Notes under the pieces: model-generated | Databases searched by the model: none | Told to the model about the DNA's origin: nothing | The model's input: only the letters and a program-made list of their open reading frames with translations | NCBI GenBank assembly: GCA_015520605.1 | Contig: WAPT01000016.1 | Location: 1 to 52,322, forward strand | Origin: Nanobdellati archaeon | GTDB taxonomy: Archaea > EX4484-52 > WAPT01 | Length of the DNA: 52,322 nucleotides | Reading direction: 5' to 3' | Position numbers and translations under genes: made by a program | Part shown: positions 1 to 8,561 of the stretch, piece by piece | Position numbering within the stretch: position 1 is the stretch's first letter | How the letters are laid out: every line of letters begins with the position of its first letter

Positions 1-155
1 CTCACCACACCGCCGTTAGAAAGCGCAGAGCGCACAACTGTATAGGCCTCTTCTTTTTCTCTTTCCGATGGTCTGCAGTAAAGCACTCCCTGCTTTGATT
101 TCCCAGAAAACTCATTCCTTACCACATACCTTAGTTCCAGCCATGTGTCCTCCAC
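1..155 (-). CDS. Partial hypothetical protein (5' end; runs off the window)
   Basis: Open minus-strand frame from GTG at 155: VEDTWLELRYVVRNEFSGKSKQGVLYCRPSEREKEEAYTVVRSALSNGGVV..., no stop before the window edge. Confidence 0.45.
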   Translation of the reverse strand, partial: MEDTWLELRYVVRNEFSGKSKQGVLYCRPSEREKEEAYTVVRSALSNGGVV

Positions 156-343
156 CAAGACGCCCGTCCTAAATTAGTACAGACTCAAATGAATTTTGTT
201 TCCCCTCCCCTCCAAAGGATGAACGTTCGATGTCGAAAATAGATATTTCCAACACGGAAATATGCAGGATAAATTTCGGGCCGTAACATTTATAAGGGAG
301 GGTATGTAATTCTTAATGGAGAAATTGAGGAGGTGTTGAAGAA

Positions 344-448
344 ATGATAAGAAGGGTTACGAAGGAGGAAGAGGAGTTCATTAAAGAGTGCATATGGAAC
401 TGGGATAAAGCACAGGAGCTCTGGGAAAAGAAGTTCGGGAAGAGGTAA
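344..448 (+). CDS. Small hypothetical protein (34 aa), not in the ORF track
   Basis: GGAGGTG SD upstream of ATG344; translates [34 protein letters not shown]. Confidence 0.55.
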   Translation: MIRRVTKEEEEFIKECIWNWDKAQELWEKKFGKR

Positions 449-486
449 GCGGAAACTCTGAGCTGTTATTTTTGGTGGGTGATCTC

Positions 487-612
487 ATGCCAAGGGTTGA
501 AGAAGTTGGGCAAAAGTTCAGATGCAACATATGCGGTAATATTGTGGAGGTTGTTGAGGTAGGAGGTGGTGCTCTCGTCTGCTGCGGGGAGGAAATGGAA
601 CTCATTGAGTAA
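487..612 (+). CDS. Desulforedoxin-type Fe(Cys)4 protein (41 aa), not in the ORF track
   Basis: [41 protein letters not shown]; CxxCGN...GGG.LxCCG..M desulforedoxin signature; GGTGAT SD. Confidence 0.9.
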   Translation: MPRVEEVGQKFRCNICGNIVEVVEVGGGALVCCGEEMELIE

Positions 613-819
613 TTACAAAAATTTCAGTAATTTGCACAATATTTGCTCTTTTTTCTGATCAAGTCAGAGAAAATTTTTATATAATTAACTCCATATAAAA
701 TTAGCTTGTTTATAACATGGAAATTTTTGAGTATAAAATAAAAATTTACAAAAAAGGTTACAAAAAAATTTGTTATTTTGTGAAAAAATATTGTTGGGTG
801 AAGGCCATGGGTGATAGCG

Positions 820-1215
820 ATGACGAAGGGTATGCATGTCATAATGGAATTGTATGGATGCCCTTCCGAAGCTATAGCTACGGTTCCTTCTGTGAAACAC
901 CTGATAGATATTGTGGTTGAGAGATCGGGAGTCAACCGTATAAGTGAGTTCTATCACCAGTTCAGACCCCACGGTGTTACAGGTGTTGTTTTGATTGCTG
1001 AATCACACATCTCCGTACATACCTGGCCGGAAAAGGGCTACGTCGCAATGGACATTTATACCTGTGGAAGTAAAGAGAAGGCCTTGAAAGCGGCCGAAGT
1101 CGCAATGGAGGTTTTCAGACCAAAGAAAATCGTTAGAAAAGATATGATGCGTGGGCTGGAGCATGAGACGGAAGTTGGCAGAGCTGTGGAAGTTACCGAA
1201 CACACGAAGTTATGA
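820..1215 (+). CDS. speD: S-adenosylmethionine decarboxylase proenzyme (pyruvoyl-dependent)
   Basis: HQFRPHGVTGVVLIAESHISVHTWPE...DIYTCG with E|SH self-cleavage site; GGTGAT SD before ATG820. Confidence 0.88.
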   Translation: MTKGMHVIMELYGCPSEAIATVPSVKHLIDIVVERSGVNRISEFYHQFRPHGVTGVVLIAESHISVHTWPEKGYVAMDIYTCGSKEKALKAAEVAMEVFRPKKIVRKDMMRGLEHETEVGRAVEVTEHTKL

Positions 1216-1335
1216 ATCTTAAGGTCGGGTCATTACTTTCGTTTCTTTGGCTCTGTTCTTATGAGGTCTGCTCATCGAGAAATAACGGGAACCTTTACAA
1301 ATACAAATTTAAAATCCCATTCGTCAGATTTCTGC

Positions 1336-2025
1336 ATGGCGGCACACTTTAAAACTCCAGAAGAAATATATGCCTCGGTTCTTTTCGAGTTAAAGAAAGA
1401 AAAAAACGAAATTAAAGATGTAATTGAAAAAGCGCCGATATATACTGATTATAGACTGCTGCGTAGTGAACCATATATTGTGGGCTACGTGCCCGACATT
1501 ATGCGGAATAAAGGCATAAATGAAGCTCGAACACCTCGCTCTAACTATGAGAGACCCGCATGTTATCCTCCTACATACCTAAATCCTCTTGCCCCCGCGC
1601 TTCTTAACAAATACGACCTTGCAGCATCCGTTTATCATGAAGTGGTGCACCGTGCGCAGATGGCCGCAGAATTCAGCGGCAGAAGAGACATAATAGGGAG
1701 GATTATAGAGAAGTATGTGCAATTTCGCAACAAGAAGGAGAAGGAGCTGTTCTACGAAGTCAGGGATGCTCTTTGCAGGGTTCCAGAGCTGAGGCGCATA
1801 ATCCTGGAAGGGGAGGCGCAGTACTTAATGAGTCAAGCTTACCCTTATGCGAGCAAGTTCATTAAACCCTACAGCACGGAGGAGCTTGTGTACAGGACAA
1901 TGTTAGCAGCGGTCAAAAGAGCGGCAGCCACAGGATATAATCCAAAGGCTGTTAAGAAACTTGTTACAGGATGTGCATACCTTCTTTGTGGAAGAGAGGG
2001 AAGCAGGAATATTTACGCTTCCTGA
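1336..2025 (+). CDS. Putative zinc metallopeptidase (HExxH...EG)
   Basis: YHEVVH motif plus downstream LEGEAQY; TATA-like TTTAAAA ~25 nt before ATG1336 (the track start at 1261 is also possible). Confidence 0.55.
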   Translation: MAAHFKTPEEIYASVLFELKKEKNEIKDVIEKAPIYTDYRLLRSEPYIVGYVPDIMRNKGINEARTPRSNYERPACYPPTYLNPLAPALLNKYDLAASVYHEVVHRAQMAAEFSGRRDIIGRIIEKYVQFRNKKEKELFYEVRDALCRVPELRRIILEGEAQYLMSQAYPYASKFIKPYSTEELVYRTMLAAVKRAAATGYNPKAVKKLVTGCAYLLCGREGSRNIYAS

Positions 2026-2082
2026 AGGTTTGTTACGATGGAATGATAAAAATTCGTGATGGATTTTTCCTATACCGATCGG

Positions 2083-2580
2083 TTAAGACTCCCCCTTCCA
2101 CCTCACCTTCAGGGTTCTAAACCCTTTCCCGTTCTTTCTGAACTTGAATACCATGAAATGCAGGTGGGGTTCGAGTGACCATCCTGTATTTCCGCTGTAA
2201 GCGATAATTTCGCCCGTGCTAACGTGCTGACCCTTTTTGACCAGAACACCTTTATACCTAAGATGGCTGTATTGAGAAAACTCTCCATTAGCGTGCCTGA
2301 TCACAACATAATTTCCATCCTGTTTTTCTTCCGGCAGTTCTTCTTCTGTCGGTGGTTCTATCCCGTCATAGTTCTCCATGACATCATCCCGAACAGCAAC
2401 AACCACCCCTTCCAAAGCTGCCATAACCGGTGTTCCCTCATCGCAGATAAAATCGACGGCATTCGTCAAATCCTCAATAACACCATTTTTCTTAAAAACT
2501 TTATGAGCAGGTGCCTTAGTAACAATTCTTTTTATGTATTTCTTATCAATCGGATACACATACAAGTTTTTTGTTTTCAT
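2083..2580 (-). CDS. M23 family metallopeptidase
   Basis: AVDF..EGTPVMAALEGVV, GNYVVIRH, YSHL, GEIIAYSGNTGWSLEPHLHF: typical M23/LytM motifs including HxH. Confidence 0.9.
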   Translation of the reverse strand: MKTKNLYVYPIDKKYIKRIVTKAPAHKVFKKNGVIEDLTNAVDFICDEGTPVMAALEGVVVAVRDDVMENYDGIEPPTEEELPEEKQDGNYVVIRHANGEFSQYSHLRYKGVLVKKGQHVSTGEIIAYSGNTGWSLEPHLHFMVFKFRKNGKGFRTLKVRWKGES

Positions 2581-2837
2581 GGATCGCAACCTCGTTCAGG
2601 AATATTCACCGTTTTTTATTTTTTCAATTTAGATTAAAAGTTTTTTCGGGACATTTTTAGAGATCCAGATAACTTCCAAAACTTCATTAGAGTATTCTTA
2701 ACTTTCTCACACTATATTCTTAACACATTGTAATTTTCATTGAATTGATGTCTTGCATGGATCATTTCATATATTCTGTTGACCGTTCAGGAAAATATAT
2801 TTTGTGCCGGACAGTCTTCCGCTCATTCTCAGTAATC

Positions 2838-2845
2838 TTTATATA
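2838..2845 (+). promoter_or_regulatory. TATA box of ppsA (probably leaderless transcript)
   Basis: TTTATATA ending 23 nt before ATG2869; no SD. Confidence 0.55.
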
Positions 2846-2868
2846 GATTAGACTACATTATTACCTCT

Positions 2869-5316
2869 ATGCCCGTGCTAAGAAGAAAAGGTAAGGATAA
2901 GAATAAGGCTTTCATTCTCTGGTTCGATGAAATAACTCACAAGGACGTTCCTTTTGTTGGTGGAAAGAACGCATCTCTTGGCGAGATGTACAACGAGCTT
3001 GCAAAGCAGGGTGTAAACGTACCGTACGGATTTGCGATAACTGCTTATGCTTATGATTATTTCATTGAAAAGACCGGTATAAAGAATAAGATTTATGAAA
3101 TTCTCCAAGGCCTTGATACGAGGAACGTGGAAGACCTAATGAGAAGGGGCAAGGAGATCAGGGAACTTTTCCTCCAGGCCGAGTTTCCTGAGGAACTTAA
3201 AAAAGAAATTGTGGATGCTTACAGAAAGCTCAGCCAGAAGTACTGTGTGGAAGCTGTTGATGTTGCGGTGAGAAGTTCCGCTACAGCTGAAGATATGCCA
3301 GATGCGAGCTTTGCAGGGCAGCAGGAAACCTATCTCAATGTGGTTGGTGTTAATGCTCTTCTCGATGCATGCAAGAAGTGTTTTGCCTCCCTCTTTACTG
3401 ATAGAGCCATATCCTACCGGGAGGACAAGGGCTTTGACCACTTTAAAGTGAAGCTTTCAATCGGAGTGCAGAAGATGGTTAGGAGTGATCTCGCCTCTTC
3501 AGGTGTTATGTTTACACTGGATACGGAGACAGGTTTCAGAAACGTTGTGCTCATCAATGGTAGCTACGGGCTCGGGGAGTATATAGTGCAAGGAAAGGTC
3601 ACACCCGATCAGTTCTATGTGTTTAAACCCACTCTGGAAAAGGGTTACAGACCCGTTATCTCAAAGAGGCTTGGGGACAAGAGAATTAAGCTCGTTTATG
3701 CTGAAGGGGGCGGTACAAGAGAGGTTGAGGTGAGCGAGGAAGAAAGAAACCGCTTCTGTTTGAGCGATGATGAAATCCTTCAACTGGCAAGGTGGGGGAT
3801 AATAATAGAGAAGCACTACTCCAAAAAGCTCGGGAAAGACCAGCCAATGGACATAGAGTGGGCGAAGGACGGAACAACAGGAGAGTTGTTCGTAGTGCAG
3901 GCTAGACCAGAGACAGTACACTCAACGAAGAAGGATGTTAATACGATAGAGTACTATCATCTTGAGGAGGCTGGGAAGGTTCTGGTCGAGGGGCTTGCTG
4001 TCGGATCGAAGATAGCAACGGGTAGGGTGAGAGTGATTGAAGATCCAAGTAAGATGCACGAATTTCGGGAGGGGGAGATACTTGTAACCGACATAACGGA
4101 TCCTGACTGGGAACCGATAATGAAGATCGCCTCCGCAATTGTTACCAATAGAGGCGGAAGGACGAGTCATGCCGCTATAGTGGCAAGAGAGCTTGGCATT
4201 CCTGCTGTTGTCGGTACAGGTATAGCGACGAAGGTTCTTAAGACGGGACAGAAGGTAACGGTCAGCACCGTTGAAGGAGAAAAGGGAAAGGTTTATGAGG
4301 GCAAGCTTAAGTATGAAATAAAGCGAATTCGCGTGGATAAGATTCCGAATACTCGAACGATGATAACTCTCAATGTTGGTGAACCGGAGAGAGCGTTTGC
4401 GTATTCCTTTTTACCAAATGACGGAGTTGGTTTGGCAAGGGAGGAGTTCATCATAAACGACTGGATAAAAATTCATCCGAACGCTCTCCTGGAATTTGAA
4501 AAACTGCGGGAACTGGGGGCTGATGAGGAAACCATAAGAAAGATTGAGGAGCTTACAGTGGGTTATGATGACAAAAAGCAGTACTTTATAGATAAGCTCG
4601 CTGAGGGTATAGCAATGATCGCCGCGGCTTTCTACCCCAAGAAAGTTATTGTACGTTTCTCTGATTTCAAGAGCAACGAGTATGCAAGGCTCATAGGAGG
4701 TAAGCTCTTCGAGCCGAAAGAAGAGAACCCAATGCTCGGATGGAGAGGTGCTTCGCGTTATTATTCAGAGGGGTTCAGGTTTGCTTTTGCCTTGGAGTGC
4801 AAGGCCATAAAGAAGGTCAGGGACGAGTTTGGCCTGAAGAATGTGAGTGTAATGATACCATTCTGTCGTACGGTTTATGAAGCGGAAAAGGTCGTGCACG
4901 AGCTCAAGCTCAACGGACTGAAGAGAGGTGAGGATGGCCTTAAAGTTTATATGATGTGTGAGATACCCTCGAACGTTGTTCTTGCCGAAAAGTTCCTCGA
5001 GTACTTTGATGGATTCTCCATAGGTACGAATGACCTCACACAGTTGACTCTCGGCATTGACAGGGATTCAGAACTTGTTTCTTACCTTTATGATGAGAGA
5101 AACGAAGCTGTAAGGAAAATGGTCGAACTTGCGATAAAGAAGGCTCACAAGGCAGGCAAGAAAATAGGAATATGCGGGGATGCTCCATCCACACACCCTG
5201 ATTTTGCGAGGTTCTTGGTAGATTGTGATATAGATTACATTTCAGTCAGCCCAGACGTTGCAATCAAGACAAGGATGATAGTGGCGGATGAGGAGAAAAA
5301 ACTAAGGAAAAAATGA
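2869..5316 (+). CDS. ppsA: Phosphoenolpyruvate synthase (pyruvate,water dikinase)
   Basis: VGGKNASLGEM, VAVRSSATAED..ASFAGQQETYL, GGRTSHAAIVARELG phospho-His site, ENPMLGWRGASRY, FSIGTNDLTQ. Confidence 0.97.
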   Translation: MPVLRRKGKDKNKAFILWFDEITHKDVPFVGGKNASLGEMYNELAKQGVNVPYGFAITAYAYDYFIEKTGIKNKIYEILQGLDTRNVEDLMRRGKEIRELFLQAEFPEELKKEIVDAYRKLSQKYCVEAVDVAVRSSATAEDMPDASFAGQQETYLNVVGVNALLDACKKCFASLFTDRAISYREDKGFDHFKVKLSIGVQKMVRSDLASSGVMFTLDTETGFRNVVLINGSYGLGEYIVQGKVTPDQFYVFKPTLEKGYRPVISKRLGDKRIKLVYAEGGGTREVEVSEEERNRFCLSDDEILQLARWGIIIEKHYSKKLGKDQPMDIEWAKDGTTGELFVVQARPETVHSTKKDVNTIEYYHLEEAGKVLVEGLAVGSKIATGRVRVIEDPSKMHEFREGEILVTDITDPDWEPIMKIASAIVTNRGGRTSHAAIVARELGIPAVVGTGIATKVLKTGQKVTVSTVEGEKGKVYEGKLKYEIKRIRVDKIPNTRTMITLNVGEPERAFAYSFLPNDGVGLAREEFIINDWIKIHPNALLEFEKLRELGADEETIRKIEELTVGYDDKKQYFIDKLAEGIAMIAAAFYPKKVIVRFSDFKSNEYARLIGGKLFEPKEENPMLGWRGASRYYSEGFRFAFALECKAIKKVRDEFGLKNVSVMIPFCRTVYEAEKVVHELKLNGLKRGEDGLKVYMMCEIPSNVVLAEKFLEYFDGFSIGTNDLTQLTLGIDRDSELVSYLYDERNEAVRKMVELAIKKAHKAGKKIGICGDAPSTHPDFARFLVDCDIDYISVSPDVAIKTRMIVADEEKKLRKK

Positions 5317-5343
5317 ACGGGATGTTGGTTTGTAAATTTTGTT

Positions 5344-5691
5344 TCAATCGATTAAGTGATGATCCTCTTCGCTCCAAGGAGGGACGGACACAACATATAT
5401 CTTGAGAGGAGTACCATCTCGGATTTTATGTGGTTTCCCCGGCGTGATATGTAAAACCATCCCTTCCTTAAGCTGGATTTCTTCGTCATCACCTACAATT
5501 AATTTTCCAGTACCTCCGACAACAATGTAGATTTCATGTGTTGTTTTATGAAAATGCTTTTTTGATTCTCGAACCTCTGCATAAGCCAAACCAACATTCA
5601 CGTTTTTCAAGTTAAACAACTCCCAAATCTTTTCAGTACCGAGATCTACAGCATTCGATACCTTCTCTTTTCTGTAAATTTTCAAATTCAT
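5344..5691 (-). CDS. Cupin domain protein
   Basis: HFHKTTHEIYIVVGGTG...EGMVLHITPGKPH cupin motifs. Confidence 0.85.
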   Translation of the reverse strand: MNLKIYRKEKVSNAVDLGTEKIWELFNLKNVNVGLAYAEVRESKKHFHKTTHEIYIVVGGTGKLIVGDDEEIQLKEGMVLHITPGKPHKIRDGTPLKIYVVSVPPWSEEDHHLID

Positions 5692-5776
5692 GAAGAAAAA
5701 CTGTATGACTATAAAAATTAAAAAATATTGAAGACAATCTAGAAAGTTAAGTACTGAGCATTGTGTAATTTTGGAC

Positions 5777-6046
5777 TCAGGCTTCCATCTCCGCTTCCAG
5801 TTCCTTTTTGCTTGGTTTGTAGCCGTACATCATGAGTATCTTGTTTATCCTCTCGACCTCCTTCCAGTTACCCCTAGCCATTGCGTCGAGTTTATTTTTG
5901 AGCCACTGCTGAATTATCCTATCCCTCTCAGTCTCAGGAATTTTAATTGGAATGACCTTCTTTCTACCCATAACCATCACCTCATAAACCCGAATTTTTT
6001 TAAAGTTTACGATTTTTTGTATTGAAGGTATGAACATGGAGTTCAC
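5777..6046 (-). CDS. Hypothetical protein
   Basis: 89-aa ORF overlapping the upstream RHH-like gene stop (ATGA-type overlap); an internal start (MGRKK) is also possible. Confidence 0.55.
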   Translation of the reverse strand: MNSMFIPSIQKIVNFKKIRVYEVMVMGRKKVIPIKIPETERDRIIQQWLKNKLDAMARGNWKEVERINKILMMYGYKPSKKELEAEMEA

Positions 6047-6237
6047 AGTAATTTGTCCATCGTGTCTTGGTATGCTCTCGCCATCTCAATTATGGCCTCG
6101 CTGATCGTCACTCTCCTACCGCTGTTTCGAAGCTGAATGTGAGACACAACCTTAAGCAATTCACAATAAGCTTCATCGGTAATTTTTAATGTACGATAAA
6201 CACTTGTGGTATTTTTATTATCCATTGTGTTCACCAC
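6043..6237 (-). CDS. Ribbon-helix-helix / antitoxin-like DNA-binding protein
   Basis: RTLKITDEAYCELL...VTISEAIIEM fits the beta-strand-helix-helix pattern of RHH/VapB-like proteins. Confidence 0.6.
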   Translation of the reverse strand: MVNTMDNKNTTSVYRTLKITDEAYCELLKVVSHIQLRNSGRRVTISEAIIEMARAYQDTMDKLL

Positions 6238-6312
6238 ACCCTAAGTTTATATGAATTTTAGTAACTTTCTCCTTTTTACTAATTTTAGTATTCAAAATTT
6301 TTAAAGTTTTCA

Positions 6313-6607
6313 TCATTTGCTGAATGTACGGATACTGTATGCAGGTGTTATCAAAGAGATTATTCTTATATTTGTAGAGTACAAGTTCACCTTCCAGATC
6401 GCATGCAACCCTGAGATTTCCTGTGCCCTGAAGGCTCTCCAGCTGCCAATCACCGTTCTGTGAATCACGTTGGTATCCTCTCTTTCCAAAAGATTCCCGA
6501 GTTCTACCAAGTTCATGATGGTTTTTGTTAGGGAGCGTTCTGTTCTCTTCCGACCACATGATAGTTATCGCGGCCAGCCTGTTAGTGAGCTCCTCACACC
6601 TCCTCAT
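6313..6607 (-). pseudogene. Hypothetical gene, possibly frameshifted
   Basis: TATA (TTTAAATA, minus strand ~6633-6640) ~26 nt before ATG6607; the N-terminus appears to continue in the 6313..6516 frame. Confidence 0.3.
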
Positions 6608-6616
6608 AATTTATTA

Positions 6617-6630
6617 TTACTAATTAGTAA
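6617..6630. promoter_or_regulatory. Perfect 14-bp palindrome TTACTAATTAGTAA, putative operator
   Basis: Lies between the TATA box and ATG6607; related TACTAA-TT-TTAGTA at 6277-6290. Confidence 0.45.
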
Positions 6631-6734
6631 CATATTTAAAAATTTATGTTTCCATTCCCATAAATCCCCGCTAATGTGAAACGGAACAGACAGAGAAGGA
6701 TTTCAATTTAAAGATTCCATCCGACTCTTCTTTT

Positions 6735-7316
6735 ATGAGCCTCAAAAAGGAAATAAGGGTTATAGGAATTGATGATGCTCCTTTTCAACTTAAAAGGGAT
6801 GAGAGCTGCCTTGTAGTAGGAGTTATAACGAGGGGGCGGGAGTATCTTGATGGTGTGCTATCCTGCAGGATAAAGGTCGATGGTATGGACGCAACACAGA
6901 AGTTTGCGGAAATGATAAACTACTCTCATTTCAGGGATCAGCTTCGCGCCATCTTTCTTGATGGCATCTCCTACGCTGGATTTAACATGGTGAACATAAA
7001 AGAGCTGCACGAGCTCACAGGAATCCCCGTTGTGGTGGTGATAAGAAAAAGGCCCGACAGAGAGGAGTTCATAAAAGCTATGAAGAGGCTGGATGACTGG
7101 AAGGAAAGGGTAAAGGCTGTTGAAGCTGCGGGAGAAGTAAAGGAAATGGTAAACAAAAAGGGCAGAATTTACTTTCAGTACTATGGGTGTGATGAAAGGA
7201 AGGCGAGAGCGTTCATAAACAAAAGCATAAAGAGAGCTGCTGTCCCCGAATGTCTGAGAATGGCTCACCTGATAGCAAAGGGCATTATCGACGGAGAAAG
7301 CGGGAGGGGAAGATGA
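6735..7316 (+). CDS. DUF99/UPF0215 family protein (endonuclease V-like fold)
   Basis: RVIGIDDAPF, VDGMDAT, FLDGISYAGFN, VPECLRMAHLIA. Confidence 0.9.
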   Translation: MSLKKEIRVIGIDDAPFQLKRDESCLVVGVITRGREYLDGVLSCRIKVDGMDATQKFAEMINYSHFRDQLRAIFLDGISYAGFNMVNIKELHELTGIPVVVVIRKRPDREEFIKAMKRLDDWKERVKAVEAAGEVKEMVNKKGRIYFQYYGCDERKARAFINKSIKRAAVPECLRMAHLIAKGIIDGESGRGR

Positions 7317-7333
7317 CATCTGTGTGTTGTGTC

Positions 7334-7474
7334 TTATAATTCTTCACAACAGAAAAACCGAGAAAGCTTCAGATCCTGGAATATCCTTGGGGATTTGCCG
7401 GCATAATCGATCATTATCAACCCGCGATTCTTTTCCAGATCCTGCAGAAGCTCCCTATACATTTCCCTTGCCAA
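7334..7474 (-). CDS. Possible small ORF or gene remnant (46 aa)
   Basis: (M)AREMYRELLQDLEKNRGLIMIDYAGKSPRIFQDLKLSRFFCCEEL*, open frame in the intergenic gap. Confidence 0.25.
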   Translation of the reverse strand: MAREMYRELLQDLEKNRGLIMIDYAGKSPRIFQDLKLSRFFCCEEL

Positions 7475-7516
7475 ACACCACGTGAAAAATGCTGGTAGGA
7501 AATAAAGATAGAAATT

Positions 7517-8287
7517 TTATCTCGCACAGAATAATTCGCTGATAATATTGTATTTTTCCAGATTTTCTATCGGAATTTTACACTTTCCTTCCTCCTGCAA
7601 TTTTTTCAGTTTTTTCATTAATTTTTCACCTACAGGTTTACGATCTTCTATACGGCACTGCGCTTCTGAAATTGTTTTGATTTCCCTCCTGGCGGTCTCC
7701 GTGAGCTTTCTGTTCCATTCCACACACGACTCTCTGATCGTTTTTTTGCATTCTTCGAGAGAGTCCATCAGCAGATTTCTGAATCCTTCAGATGCTTCAT
7801 TGTAAACGCACCTAACATATTCCATCACTCTTCCACATATCTCCTTTACTTCTCCTATTTCCTCGTACCTTTTTTCAACGCTTTTAACAAGTTCATACCA
7901 CTCCAGAAGCTCGTCCATCGGATCATTGCGAACGCCGAAACCCGTTATTCTTTTTGCTTCATCCAACACGCGTTTCGTCAGCTGTTGAGCTGAAAGGTCG
8001 AAAATTCCATCAAGGAATCGATATAACTTATGTGGAGCGTGAATGGTTGTGGTAATTGTGTTGGGATCCATTTTCACATAAGAAAGATTCCTATCATTGA
8101 TGCGTTCACACATCAAAACATTCCCCTTACCGTCTGTGAGAGATAGATATACCCTATATACACTATTATCATTATCGTAATTACACTTCAGCTCCACATT
8201 TAAACCTAATCGGATAGCCAGACTCTTTAGTTCCTCTATACTGCTTGGTGTGATTCTGGTGTTACCCGACGGATAAATTACTTCCAT
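7517..8287 (-). CDS. Hypothetical protein
   Basis: 256-aa ORF with GGAGG SD; helical C-terminal half; no recognised family. Confidence 0.75.
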   Translation of the reverse strand: MEVIYPSGNTRITPSSIEELKSLAIRLGLNVELKCNYDNDNSVYRVYLSLTDGKGNVLMCERINDRNLSYVKMDPNTITTTIHAPHKLYRFLDGIFDLSAQQLTKRVLDEAKRITGFGVRNDPMDELLEWYELVKSVEKRYEEIGEVKEICGRVMEYVRCVYNEASEGFRNLLMDSLEECKKTIRESCVEWNRKLTETARREIKTISEAQCRIEDRKPVGEKLMKKLKKLQEEGKCKIPIENLEKYNIISELFCAR

Positions 8288-8561
8288 ATCTCTTCCTCCG
8301 AGAGTTTGTTATATTACTACTCTTTCATTTCAACTTAATGAAAACTTAAATTTTTTATTACCATGAACTGGTGATGGTAAACTCTATCCACAAGTTTGGT
8401 CGTGAGTACACCAACCAAAACGAAATATTGAGTAAAATGCTAGTTAAGACGATTAATAAACGATTTGTGTAAATTTTTGGGCGGAACTCCGACCATTGCC
8501 CTTGATGACATTTCTTCATCTTCCACAACCAATTTAACCCTTTTTTCCCAACCTTGCTCCC

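Noticed and set aside
611-790. Repeated TTACAAAAA words upstream of speD
   Set aside because: Short and within very AT-rich DNA; no regular spacing, so not a CRISPR array or a supportable operator.
381-972. Track ORFs 381..605, 624..935, 685..972 and 717..920
   Set aside because: Antisense or AT-rich shadow frames of the desulforedoxin gene, speD and the intergenic region.
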